Source of the DNA: a virus
Lineage: Duplodnaviria > Caudoviricetes
Direction: 5' to 3' (one strand)
IMG/VR virus record: IMGVR_UViG_3300050498_000117
Location: 1,135-65,134 of that record
Length of the DNA stretch: 64,000 bases
The notes below the pieces were generated by a model, which worked only from the letters and a program-made list of their open reading frames with translations, had not been told where the DNA came from and searched no databases. Below are positions 8,226 to 18,049 of this stretch, piece by piece. The position numbers and the translations under genes were made by a program. Position 1 is the first letter of the stretch, and each line of letters starts with the position of its first letter.

Positions 8226-9108
8226 TGTCCACCTTCTCCCGGGTGCGCCGGGTACGGGTCGCCTCCTGTTCAGCGTCTCCGCACTCCGCCATCCTTGTAC
8301 GGAAGTACGATACAACGCTGATCCGTTCCGCGCCGCAGAGGTCGCACGGACCGAACAGCCGTGTCCCGCAGGGGCAGACGATAGCCGCGTTGGCGTGCCA
8401 GTCGTGCGCGTCCATCAGCAGCAGGTCTCCGTCGTGCATGTCCACCGCCACCCGGTACTCCGGGAACATGAGCTGCCCGCCCATGTAGGTCCCGCGTCGC
8501 AGGCAGGCGATGGTGGAGAACCCAGCGTCCAGGTCCCCTTTGTCTGTGTGCATCCCGGTTGAGTACGTGTTGTTGACCGTGACGGTCGTGAACGGGGTGC
8601 CGGGCACTACCCATGCCTTGTCGGTGCGGGAAGCGACGGATGCCTGCGCGGCGTACCGGTCGGGGACGTGCGCGCGGAGCTGCGCGGCTACAGCGCGTAG
8701 CAGCGGCGCGAGAGCTTGCCATGAGGGCACGTTTTTGCCTGTCCAGGCGCTGAGCCGGCAGAACTTTTGGTGTGCGGTGGGGTCTAGGGCGCCGACGACG
8801 ATGCTGGGGGTGCGTTTGCTGTCGGCGTGGCCGGTGGTGCCGTAGGGGATGGCGCGGGTTGCGGAGGCTAGTTCACGGTTGGTTGTCTTCAGCTTGCGCA
8901 AGTCGTGAAGTATGCCGTATATGGTTGGGTTTTGGGTGTATTCGGTGAGGGTGTTGGGGAGGTAGGCGGCGAGGGGGCGTCCGTCTGGTTTGTAGATGCG
9001 GGTGGGGCCGGTGAGGAGTATGTCGTAGTCGTGGGGGCCGAGGACTTTGCCGATTTTGGGGGTGAGGTCTGCGGGGCGGAGGCGGTTACGGAGGCGGATT
9101 TCGATCAT
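8218..9108 (-). CDS. TET/JBP-family 2OG-Fe(II) dioxygenase (DNA base hydroxylase)
   Basis: FTTVTVNN...GMHTDKGD (HxD), AHDWHANA (distal His), ERISVVSYFR (2OG Arg); ATG 9108 with GGAGG RBS. Confidence 0.85.
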   Translation of the reverse strand: MIEIRLRNRLRPADLTPKIGKVLGPHDYDILLTGPTRIYKPDGRPLAAYLPNTLTEYTQNPTIYGILHDLRKLKTTNRELASATRAIPYGTTGHADSKRTPSIVVGALDPTAHQKFCRLSAWTGKNVPSWQALAPLLRAVAAQLRAHVPDRYAAQASVASRTDKAWVVPGTPFTTVTVNNTYSTGMHTDKGDLDAGFSTIACLRRGTYMGGQLMFPEYRVAVDMHDGDLLLMDAHDWHANAAIVCPCGTRLFGPCDLCGAERISVVSYFRTRMAECGDAEQEATRTRRTREKVDSG

Positions 9109-10140
9109 GTGAGCCTCCGCTCTATCCATTCCCGCCGTTTGGCGGTGTCGTTGGGTCCGGCTTCGTTCCACTTTCTGCGGGCTTCGGCGGTGGCTTCTTT
9201 CCGCCAGCCTCGCCGGGCGGGGCGGGTTTTGCGGCCTTCTTCGGTCCAGGTGTCTCCACAGCCGCAGCAGGTGAAGGCGACCCCGTACCAGAGGGTGTCA
9301 ACTTCGACGAAGCGGCGGCGTTGCCGGCAGGTGCCGCAGGTGAGGATCCTCCGGCGGAGATAGGACTCGGGGACGCAGACGATGATGTTGGGTCCACCGT
9401 GCGGGTCGGTGAGGGTGACACAGCCCATTCAGGTCTCCTATCAGCGTGGCACCAGCGGAGGCTGTCGCCAGCGCGGAGGTCACGGCGGGCCAGCCGGGTG
9501 GTCACCAGCTCGTCGGCGAGCCCCAGCACCTCGGCGAGCAGCTCACCAATGGTCTTCATGTCCCTTTTCCTTTGGTTACCCGCCGCCTGCGTGGCGGTAG
9601 CCGGTGCTGTCCGTGTCTTTCCATAGTCGCTTCCTGCGGGCCCGTTCGGCACGTTTCCGGGCTAGCGGGCGGGTGGCTTTGGTGAGGTGGTGGCGGAGGC
9701 ACCAGCGGCACAGGTAGCGGGTCATGGGGTAGAGGGTGCCGCGTCGGTTGATTTCGTCGACGGCCTTTTCGGCTTCTTCCCGGGTGACGTAGTTGAGCTT
9801 CGACTTGCAGACGGCCCGCGAGCGTGCACACATCCAGCATTCTTCGAAGGGCCACGGGCCGTGGTTCTTGGTGTGGTACTTCTCGGGGGACGTAGGGGGC
9901 ATCAGTCCTCCGGGTCTCTGTAGTCGGCTACTACCTTCAACCTGACAACTAGGCCGTTGGCGGCTTGCGCGTACCGCCGGGCGTCTTCCTCGTCGAGCCA
10001 GATGCCGGCTAGTCCTCCCCGAACGGGGTACACCACCAGCCACACGTACCGCAGGCGGGCGGCTTCGCGGGCGGCAAGTTCCGTGAGGCGCCTTTCCTCC
10101 TGCCACTCCCGCATCATGGGTGAGCCAGGCGCCGGGACGA
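9105..10140 (-). other. Small hypothetical CDSs including Zn-finger proteins (9105-9428, ~9576-9903, ~9902-10140)
   Basis: CxxC motifs; C-K-Y...YxCxxC..HLT motif. Confidence 0.55.
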
Positions 10141-10146
10141 ACGCTG

Positions 10147-10941
10147 TCACTGCTTCCTGATCTTCTGGCAGGTGGGGCAGTTGTCGGCCTGGCAGGGGTA
10201 GTCGTGGCCTCGGACGTGCGGGTGCCAGCCGGGGGGGATCTTCAGCAGGATCTCGTTGGCGCGGCGCGGGTTGTCTCTGATCACATCGCCCCATTTCGCT
10301 TTCAGTCGGTCGATGTTGTCCTGCTCGGTGTAGGGGTTGCGGATGTCGACAGCCCCGCCGGGGTTGTCGCGGTGCGCGAAGTCGGCGAGGAGGCTGCCTA
10401 CCCGGGCGACGCGTCCATGCCAGGCGATGTGCTGCAAGGTGTAGTCGTAGTCCTCCTTCAGCGTGAGGGTGGTGTCGAACCGTAGCGGGGTGCCGTGCCG
10501 GACGTACAGCAGGTCCCCGACGATGAAGTGGCTGAGCTGCACCTGCGCGGGGGCGGCGTAGAAGGCGTTGGCGGTGGGCATAGCCCCGGCGAGGAACGCA
10601 CCGTGTTGGGTGCAGGCGTGCCTGAGGTGCGCTACCGCAGCGCGGAGGCTGATCGGGAGGGTCTCGTTGGTGGTCTTGCCGAACGCCCATCGCAGCCCTT
10701 TGAGGTCGTCGGAAAGCTGTACGCAGTCCGCGCCGTTTAGCCAGGCGTCGCCGAGCGCCGCGTTCCGGGAGGTGCACAGGTCTCCGGACTCGACTACGTT
10801 CACAGCGCCGGCCGTCAGGTAGTCCTTGGCGTCGCCTTTGGCGACGTACCAGGTGACGGGCCCCAGGTCAGCGAGGTGTTTCTTCATCCGCGCTACAGCG
10901 CCGGGGCGTCGGGCCGAGATGACCGCGATGCGCCTGACCAT
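10147..10941 (-). CDS. TET-associated glycosyltransferase (TAGT/GREB1-like, GT-A fold)
   Basis: RIAVISARRP, SRNAAL, QLSDDL, LKEDYDYTLQ, NPGG motifs; neighbours TET/JBP and ParB. Confidence 0.75.
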   Translation of the reverse strand: MVRRIAVISARRPGAVARMKKHLADLGPVTWYVAKGDAKDYLTAGAVNVVESGDLCTSRNAALGDAWLNGADCVQLSDDLKGLRWAFGKTTNETLPISLRAAVAHLRHACTQHGAFLAGAMPTANAFYAAPAQVQLSHFIVGDLLYVRHGTPLRFDTTLTLKEDYDYTLQHIAWHGRVARVGSLLADFAHRDNPGGAVDIRNPYTEQDNIDRLKAKWGDVIRDNPRRANEILLKIPPGWHPHVRGHDYPCQADNCPTCQKIRKQ

Positions 10942-10943
10942 CG

Positions 10944-11654
10944 CTACCCCAACTGCCTCATGGCCGCGTCGAGTGCTCGGTACACGATGTCCCCGTTGGT
11001 CAGTTCCTTGCCCCATTCACTGCGCAACCGCTCGCACCACGTCAACGCGTGGATCTTCTGGTCCGCAGGCATGACCAGGATCAGCTCCGCGAGCCCTTTC
11101 TCCTTCAGGGAGGTGTAGGCGCCGATCTGCGCCTCGCGGGCAGCTTCCTGCTCTGCGGTCTCGTTCATGTGAGCGTCGGTAGTTGGGTACTCGATGTCCT
11201 GCATGCCTTCCAGCACGAACCGCAGGTCTTCCACATCCTCCGGGGTGTACCCGGTGCCCTCGAGGTCTGCCAGCTCGGACAGCAACGCCAGCAGCTTTTC
11301 GTCTTCGTAGGTGGCGAGGTCTTGGATCCGGTTGTCGGCAGCGAGGATCCGCTTCTCGGCTTCGGGGGACAGGTTGTCCAAGAACGTCACCGCGATCTGC
11401 CCCCACGCCCCGGTGGGGTCTTCGACGTCCAGCTCCCGCATCGCGCGGAAGGTGTGGTTACCGGCGAGGACGTAGCTGGTGCGGCGGGACGCGACAATCG
11501 CCTTGTACTGCCGGGACTTCAGCAGGGACGCCTTGATCGCGGCAACGTCGCCCTTGTGTGGGTTGTCCGGGTACTCCGTCAACGCGCTGAGCGGCACATA
11601 CTCGACGGTCAGCGGATGATCGACGGTGATGGTCAAGTCAATCTTCTTCGGCAT
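10944..11654 (-). CDS. ParB/Srx-like domain protein
   Basis: LTEYPDNPHKGD...IVA...VLAGNHTFRA...RILAADN. Confidence 0.85.
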   Translation of the reverse strand: MPKKIDLTITVDHPLTVEYVPLSALTEYPDNPHKGDVAAIKASLLKSRQYKAIVASRRTSYVLAGNHTFRAMRELDVEDPTGAWGQIAVTFLDNLSPEAEKRILAADNRIQDLATYEDEKLLALLSELADLEGTGYTPEDVEDLRFVLEGMQDIEYPTTDAHMNETAEQEAAREAQIGAYTSLKEKGLAELILVMPADQKIHALTWCERLRSEWGKELTNGDIVYRALDAAMRQLG

Positions 11655-11663
11655 GGCGGTACC

Positions 11664-12329
11664 CTACCGGGCTGTCTTGCCGGGCGGGACACGTGTCGTG
11701 TCGAGCCACGCCGGAGGGCGAACGACGGTCATCGCGTACCGGCCCGAACCCCAATCCAGATCCTGCGGACCATGGCTGATCATGACCTGGAGGGTTTCGT
11801 ACGGTACCGGGGCATACCGCCACACGTCCTGCCCCACGTTGATCTGCCGGCCGCGCTGCACCCAGCTCCCGTGCACGTGCCCGTGGATCAGCCACTCCCC
11901 CGTGTTGACGGCGGGTCGCCACCCGGCGAAGCGGTCTTCGCCTTGGCTGTCGCCCTGCACGGGGAAGTGGCTCAGGTGCGCGCCGAGTCCCCGGTGGAAG
12001 GTCTGCTCCGGCAGGATCTCGAAGCCAACATCGACGTACCGCTGGTAGTCGGCGGGGCGCACCTTCCGATGCCCGCGCCAGCAGCGATCATGGTTGCCGG
12101 GCACGAGCTTCTTCCTGCCGTTGAGCCGCCGCGCCAACGGCAAGGTAGCCGCGAGACTACCAAGGGCGAAGTCACCCAGCACGAACACCGTGTCGGGTCT
12201 GCGCACCAGCGCATTCCATCGCCCGATGATCGACTCGTTCATGTCGTCGACGGACCGGAACGGCCTGTCGCAGAGCTGGATGATCCTCTCGTGGCCCAGG
12301 TGCAGGTCCGAAGTGAAGAACACTGTCAC
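11664..12329 (-). CDS. Calcineurin-like metallophosphoesterase
   Basis: SDLHLGH, LGD, GNHD, SHFP, HGHVH motifs. Confidence 0.9.
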   Translation of the reverse strand: MTVFFTSDLHLGHERIIQLCDRPFRSVDDMNESIIGRWNALVRRPDTVFVLGDFALGSLAATLPLARRLNGRKKLVPGNHDRCWRGHRKVRPADYQRYVDVGFEILPEQTFHRGLGAHLSHFPVQGDSQGEDRFAGWRPAVNTGEWLIHGHVHGSWVQRGRQINVGQDVWRYAPVPYETLQVMISHGPQDLDWGSGRYAMTVVRPPAWLDTTRVPPGKTAR

Positions 12330-12518
12330 AGCTCCCCCCGTTGCCGCAGGTACCAACCTTGGATGTTGTAGATCACCACCGCGAGGGTGAACAGGATCAA
12401 CAGACCAACCCAGTCGTTCATGGGGTCACCGGCTGACACTGGGCGAGCAGCGTGATCCCCACCAGCGACAGCGCCGCGATCGCGAGGAACGCCAGGGCCA
12501 TCATCCGGAACCGTCCCA

Positions 12519-13295
12519 CTAGCTCACCTCCTGGTCGCGGACCTCGGCGTCCATGGCGTCCTGCATCGCCTTGGCGGTGTCTTCGGGGCGGGTCTCGCCG
12601 GCCGCGTAGCTACGGGTAACACCCGCAGCGGCGGTGTAGAAGGACTGGGTACCCGCCCGGTCGGGGCGGACGTTGACGGAGTTGGAGTGCATGCCGTAGG
12701 CGTGACGTTCGTGCCAGGCGGCAATACCCTGCCCGGCGTAGACGACGCTCCAGCCTTCCTGCTGCACCTGCCGCAACAGCTCCGCGATGTCTTCCTTGGT
12801 GTTCTCCTGGGAACTGTTCTCCTCGCCGTCGGTCTGGATCATCATGTGTACCTTGTCGCCGGGCTGCACGAACCGACCCTGACGGAACCGAGCAATCCCC
12901 ATCGAGACCGCGTCGAGCAGCGCGGTGTTGCCATTGGCCCAGTAGTTGACGTTGGTCAGCTCCGGGCTTCGCTCGACAGGCACGTTCTCGCAGAGGAGCC
13001 GAACGTCCGTGTTGAACAGGACGATGGTCATCGTGTACCTGTTCTCGCGGTCTTCGATCAGTGAAGCGCGGTAGGCGTTGTGCCCGCCGCGCACATCGGA
13101 CGCGAGATGCGCCATCGAGCCCGACATGTCCGTGATCGCCAGCACGTGCGTGGTCTGCTGCTGCATAGATTCCCTCCCGACCTCGGCCCAGCCGAGGCAT
13201 TCTGTGTCCCCACTGCGGTAGTGCTTGTAGAACTCCCCATCGAGGCGGAGCTTGCGGAGTGTGTTGCAGCCGGGGCAGACGGCGATGCGTAGCAC
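12519..13295 (-). CDS. vWA-domain protein, possible N-terminal Zn-binding extension (alternative start 13166)
   Basis: MIDAS DMSGS, TALLDA, QTDGEEN. Confidence 0.85.
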   Translation of the reverse strand: MLRIAVCPGCNTLRKLRLDGEFYKHYRSGDTECLGWAEVGRESMQQQTTHVLAITDMSGSMAHLASDVRGGHNAYRASLIEDRENRYTMTIVLFNTDVRLLCENVPVERSPELTNVNYWANGNTALLDAVSMGIARFRQGRFVQPGDKVHMMIQTDGEENSSQENTKEDIAELLRQVQQEGWSVVYAGQGIAAWHERHAYGMHSNSVNVRPDRAGTQSFYTAAAGVTRSYAAGETRPEDTAKAMQDAMDAEVRDQEVS

Positions 13296-13296
13296 C

Positions 13297-14346
13297 TCAC
13301 TCCTTCCCGTGCGGATGTCTCCTCACACCATACAGGTACCAGTCGGGCCAGTGCCCCAACTCCCACTTCTCTTCCAGCGCGAACCCGTAGGTAGCGAGCC
13401 CGTTGGGGCATCGCAGCCGGTTCAGCGGACCGAGGGTGAACGGGAACCAGTCGAGGGTCCAACAGACCCAACTGAGCATGCTGACGTAGCGCCTGCGCAG
13501 GAAGCGAATCACGCGTGCCTCTCGCGGACGAGGTGGTACCGGACCGCGTACCCGGGTCCCGTCGGGCAAGGAACGAACTCGACAGGGTCGCGGAAGACCC
13601 AACCGTCATCTATCAGGCGGGTGACCTCATGGATAGCTGCACGGCCGTTGTCCCGGGCGCAGGTGTCGACAACGACAGTACGTTCGGTCACATAGTGGGT
13701 GCATGCGCTGCGGAACTCCTTGGCCTCGGACAGGAGACGCATCACCGTGTCGCAGAGCATCTCGCCGGGCTTCGCCGCTAGCGGGATCAGCTCGTCCCGA
13801 GAAGCGCTGCACGAGCCGGGATACTCCCGGTCCAGATACGCCTTGATGATCCGGATCTGGTCGGCTGTGGTCGTCACGTCGCCTCCGGGAGGGTGTCGCA
13901 AGGGGGTGTAGTGCGGTCCTTGCCGCAGGCGCGCATCAGGTCGAGGAGACGTTCCAGCTCATGCTGACGCGCGTCTTCAGGTGAAGCCGGGCGAGCCGGG
14001 CGGGTGTTACCGCCCGGCTCGCCCCCCACGAACCCCACATACGCCAGGAACAAGCCCAGCGCGATCAACACGATCCCATACACCCAGCGAGTCACAGTCT
14101 CAGCCCCAGCAACACCACAGCGGTCAGGAGCGCGGACGTGAGGGCTTCCCGGGACGCCTCCCCGAGGATGTCGTCCATGAGCTGCGCGACGGCGCGGGCT
14201 TGCTCGTCTTCGCCGCATTCAGTGTGCACACCCCACGCCATGTGCATGTCCCGCAGCCGACGCAGCACCTGCGTCCCGTCGAGATACTCGAGGCGAGCTG
14301 TGCAGGTGTAGACGGTCCCAGCCTGCACCGGAAGGGTGACAGTCAC
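13297..14346 (-). other. Four small hypothetical CDSs (13297-13512, 13509-13877, 13874-14095 TM, 14092-14346)
   Basis: GTGA-coupled ORFs. Confidence 0.55.
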
Positions 14347-15224
14347 CGCGCTACCGCCAGCCCGGACGCCTCGGCGATGACCTGCGCCGGCTCACCCTCC
14401 ACCCAGGGCCGCCGGACCTGGTAGTTGGCGCGACTCTCCCACACGTCGAACACGTACTTAGCCCAGAAGATCGCCTCGTCGCCGGCTGTGCCGTTCAACG
14501 CCAACCCAATGGCCTTCTGTACGCCGCTCCGACGGCTAGCCGTCTTCGGCTCTTCGTTCATCATCATCAGTTGGCAGACCTGCCGCATTGCCTGCACGAG
14601 ACCGTTGTCGTCGTACTCGCCGATCGAAGCCAGGCTGAGGACACCATCCAGGTGCCCCACCTTGCCCCACGGGGCCCTCCTGGTGATGATGAACGCTTCG
14701 ACGGCTTGGTGGAGCTGCCACGCAACCCGGGAGAGCATGGTGGTCATCCGGTCACCGGCCCTGCGCGCGATGATCCGGTCGAATCGACTCCTGATGACCT
14801 CATCGACAACCATGAGGTGACAATTCTGCTGCAACCGGTCAGGACGGTCTTTCCACACATCCGCCGTGCCGATGATCCGGGTACCGAGCTGCCACATGAG
14901 GGCGGAGCAGGCGTTACACAGCAGCGCCGCGTCTTCCGTAAGCGCAGGGTCCATCACCCACACTTCCTGCTCCGGATTGAGGTGAGCGAACTGGGAGGCA
15001 ACCTCGGCGAGCTTCACCTTGATGCGGCGCATGCCCCGGTGAGTGCACAGGTTGTCGTTGGTGCGCATCGCTACAGCGGCGAGCAGCTTGTCCGCGCAGG
15101 AAGGCATATCGGTGATGATCGCGTCGCCGTTGAGGTAGCTGATCGCGTTCATGATGCATGCCATGCCGGTTCCCCGACCGTGGGAACCTACGGCCAGGCG
15201 GGGCAGTGCGTCGGGAAAGGTCAT
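14343..15224 (-). CDS. Hypothetical actinophage protein
   Basis: N-terminal LxxGSH...ACIMNAISYLNGD...DMPSC motif of a recurrent phage family. Confidence 0.65.
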   Translation of the reverse strand: MTFPDALPRLAVGSHGRGTGMACIMNAISYLNGDAIITDMPSCADKLLAAVAMRTNDNLCTHRGMRRIKVKLAEVASQFAHLNPEQEVWVMDPALTEDAALLCNACSALMWQLGTRIIGTADVWKDRPDRLQQNCHLMVVDEVIRSRFDRIIARRAGDRMTTMLSRVAWQLHQAVEAFIITRRAPWGKVGHLDGVLSLASIGEYDDNGLVQAMRQVCQLMMMNEEPKTASRRSGVQKAIGLALNGTAGDEAIFWAKYVFDVWESRANYQVRRPWVEGEPAQVIAEASGLAVAR

Positions 15225-15847
15225 GACGCCTCCTGATGTGACGGCAGGTCCGGGCGGACCTCCCGGGGGGTGCTGTCCCACCACGCCAGCCACTGATCAA
15301 CGTCCCTGTTCCATCGGGCGTCAGCGAGAGCGTGGTGTTCGATGCCTGACTTCTGCACGGGTACCCGCAGGTTGCCCCGGCGGTGGACCTCCTGCCGCAG
15401 GTCGTTGGTCCACATCGGGATGCCGTCCGGGAGCTGCGCCATCGTGCCCCAGAGCTGCGCGAAGACGACATGGTCGTAGGCGCCGTACCAGGCCCACAGC
15501 TCCGGGGGTGTGGGGCCGGACATGAGGAACGTTCGGACCTGCGCGGCGAGCTGCGCGCGGGACATCACGGCCTGCATACCGTCGGGGTTGGTGTCGTCCC
15601 AACGCAGCCGGGGCTGGTAGCCCTGATCGCCGGAGGCCCACACCACGACTTCCTGCTCGACCCGCACAGGCAGGTTGGGCACCACGTTCTCCATCAACCA
15701 CGGGTGTTGAGCAACGAACCTCAGCACCAGCTCACCGTTGATGCCATAGAACTCTCGGCCGTCTTCCGTCACCATCCCGATGCTGATCAGGTCGATGGGG
15801 TACTCGGGGCCGCGCTCCAGGAACTCGGTGTCGTAGTAGATCTTCAC
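15221..15847 (-). CDS. DEDDh 3'-5' exoribonuclease (RNase AS/Rv2179c-like)
   Basis: YYDTEF, LISIG, WAWYGAYDHV, DLRQ, HHALADA. Confidence 0.9.
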   Translation of the reverse strand: MKIYYDTEFLERGPEYPIDLISIGMVTEDGREFYGINGELVLRFVAQHPWLMENVVPNLPVRVEQEVVVWASGDQGYQPRLRWDDTNPDGMQAVMSRAQLAAQVRTFLMSGPTPPELWAWYGAYDHVVFAQLWGTMAQLPDGIPMWTNDLRQEVHRRGNLRVPVQKSGIEHHALADARWNRDVDQWLAWWDSTPREVRPDLPSHQEAS

Positions 15848-16176
15848 TGGGCGCTCCTGTTCGCGCGTGCCTTGGCCTGGTTCTCTTTACGCCGGATGTT
15901 CCGGAGCTGCCTTGGGGTCAGCGTCCGCCGGCCGGTCTGCCTCCGGTAGTTGGCCTCCCGCTGCGCTGTGCTGAGCATGAGCCTCCTTGGGTTGATATCT
16001 CTCAGGGCATTCGATGAACGCGCAGGGACGCGCTGCGATACGCCGCTGGTATTCGTCTATGACGGAGGGGATGCCCCGGACGGTGATGCGGTTACCGTGC
16101 CATCCGCATACCGCCCGGAGCAGTTCCCACCCTTCCTGATCAGGGTCGGGGCTGCGTGTCACCTCGGGTGGGTTGA

Positions 16177-17433
16177 TCAACCAGCCAAGGCGGGGTTCGG
16201 GGTCACCCGGGGGAACTCCTCGTGGGTGGAGAGCCTGATCGCGTGACGCTCTGCGCCGGTAACCCATCCGTTCCACGCCTTCACGAACAGGGCAAAGTGC
16301 TCCACGTTGTCCCGCTTGCGCTTGATCTTTCCCCGCTGCTTCACCAGGAAGTTCCGCAGCGCCAGGATGGGGCTGCCTGCGGACAGATCCTCCCCGGTGC
16401 ACAGCGCCTCGATGAACCTCTCCGCGTCTACCTCCGGCCACTCCCGACGGCAGACGTGCAACCCCGCCGCCGCGCCGGCCGCGAGCAGCAGCCGGTCCCG
16501 CTTGGCGATGTTGGCACCGAGACGTACCGCGTCGGTGATGGACGGCTCACGCTCCACATACTCGACGATCTCTTCGACTGAGGGCCAGTCACGGCGCCAC
16601 TGGCCGATCGGGAGCTGAGTGTCGTAGAGGATGCACAGCCGGGTTGCGACCGCGAGGAGCGCGGCGTTGGCGTGGCCTTCCATCTGAAGGAAGTCGGAGT
16701 TGGTCTTCCTCCGGCCGGTGTCGATCAGGCGCCGGGTGTCCGGGGGGAGATCGTAGGTGATCTGCACCGGGAAGGACAGGTCGGGGACCTCTTCGGTGGC
16801 GAGGACGAGCGCGGCGCAGCGGTGCTGCCCGTCCAGGAAGTGCCCATTCCAGTCCAGGGCGAAGCCCTGATGGGTCAGCCGCCACCTGCCCGCGACCATG
16901 TCACGGGCGTACCTGCGTGCCAGCTCCGGGTAGTAGCGACGATTGGAGCCCTGCTCGCCGCCGGGCTCGTACCAATGGTTGGCCTTCAGCAGCGCGGCGG
17001 CGAACTCCGCGTCCAAGGTGATGATCTCGACGCGCGGGTCGGGCCGCCCGTTGGCTTCCGCAGGCGTAAGGGCGGGGGCGGGAGGAACGGCGGCGGGCCG
17101 CAGGTCGTCCCTGAGAGGTGCCCTGCGCATCTTCGCGGCCACCTCGGCGATCTCGATGAGCTTCTTGGCTGCGGCCCGGTCGACGGAGATCCGCTTCTGC
17201 CGGGCCTTCTCCCTGGCTGCGAGCGCGTTGTCCTTGTCGAAGCCGATGCTGAGCAGCCCCGACATAACTCCCTTCATGGTTGCTCCACGCACGAGCCGCT
17301 TCGGCATGAACGCTGGCGGGCCTCCGTCAGGGTTGGTGATCCGGTACCGCGTGCCGATGTCGACAACGTCGAACTCTGCAAGCTTCAGCAGGTCGAGCAC
17401 TTCTTCAATTGCCTTGGTGCCTGAGTCGGGCAT
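16177..17433 (-). CDS. ParB-like/DGQHR-domain protein
   Basis: NRR...YARDM...W...QG...LDGQHR...DTG motifs; AAGGAGG RBS. Confidence 0.75.
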   Translation of the reverse strand: MPDSGTKAIEEVLDLLKLAEFDVVDIGTRYRITNPDGGPPAFMPKRLVRGATMKGVMSGLLSIGFDKDNALAAREKARQKRISVDRAAAKKLIEIAEVAAKMRRAPLRDDLRPAAVPPAPALTPAEANGRPDPRVEIITLDAEFAAALLKANHWYEPGGEQGSNRRYYPELARRYARDMVAGRWRLTHQGFALDWNGHFLDGQHRCAALVLATEEVPDLSFPVQITYDLPPDTRRLIDTGRRKTNSDFLQMEGHANAALLAVATRLCILYDTQLPIGQWRRDWPSVEEIVEYVEREPSITDAVRLGANIAKRDRLLLAAGAAAGLHVCRREWPEVDAERFIEALCTGEDLSAGSPILALRNFLVKQRGKIKRKRDNVEHFALFVKAWNGWVTGAERHAIRLSTHEEFPRVTPNPALAG

Positions 17434-17455
17434 GTGTGTCCTCCTTAGCTGCCCG

Positions 17456-17498
17456 TGTATAGCGCGGCTATACTGTCACAGGTTATCTCATGCGTCAA
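17456..17498 (-). promoter_or_regulatory. Promoter (TTGACG -35) with operator TGTATA-N7-TATACT
   Basis: Minus strand TTGACGCATGAGATAACCTGTGACAGTATAGCCGCGCTATACA. Confidence 0.65.
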
Positions 17499-17994
17499 AC
17501 AGTGGGTTCGCGCAGCTCAGCACGCATCACCCAGAACAGTTCCTGAGCTTCCTGAAACGTTGATCTCCACTGGACCTCGCTGTCATAGCCATCGATCGCA
17601 ACCACGACGGAGCCTCGAGTGAGTTGGTACAGGCCGATCGCCTTGTGGGGCTCGATGATGTCGATGGCCGCGCAGCCGCGCACCTTGTAGTCGAGCTGCT
17701 GCGCGGCGGACATCAGACGGGCCTGAGTGGTGCGAGGGTCGTAAGGCGGCGGTTCTTTAGCCATCCAGCTTCCCGGCGGGGTCCTCGTCGACTGGGCCGG
17801 GGGTCAGGTAGCCGTTGTCGACGTAGCCGAACACCCTCCAGCCGCAGCAGCACTCCAGCCGGGCGTAGGCGCGAGGCCGGCCCCCCTCCGTGGGTTGATA
17901 CATCAGCACGTCGCAGGTCATGAGCCGGAAGTGCTGCCGGGATGACCGATGGCACTGCGGGCAGGTAGCCATATGCGTTCCTCCTATGAACATC

Positions 17995-18026
17995 GTGGGG
18001 GGAGACGGTTGCCCGCCTCCCCCCAC
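17995..18026 (-). terminator. Terminator hairpin
   Basis: GTGGGGGGAGGCGG-GCAA-CCGTCTCCCCCCAC just after the DUF932 gene. Confidence 0.75.
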
Positions 18027-18049
18027 ACTTGCAACCCCCGGAGTTGTGC

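Noticed and set aside
10147-10260. C5 methyltransferase PCQ motif
   Set aside because: The PCQ lies in the Cys-rich tail of the glycosyltransferase; no FxGxG or ENV motifs.
12519-13295. Ro60/TROVE partner for the Y RNA
   Set aside because: Only a stand-alone vWA domain; too short and lacks the HEAT-repeat ring.
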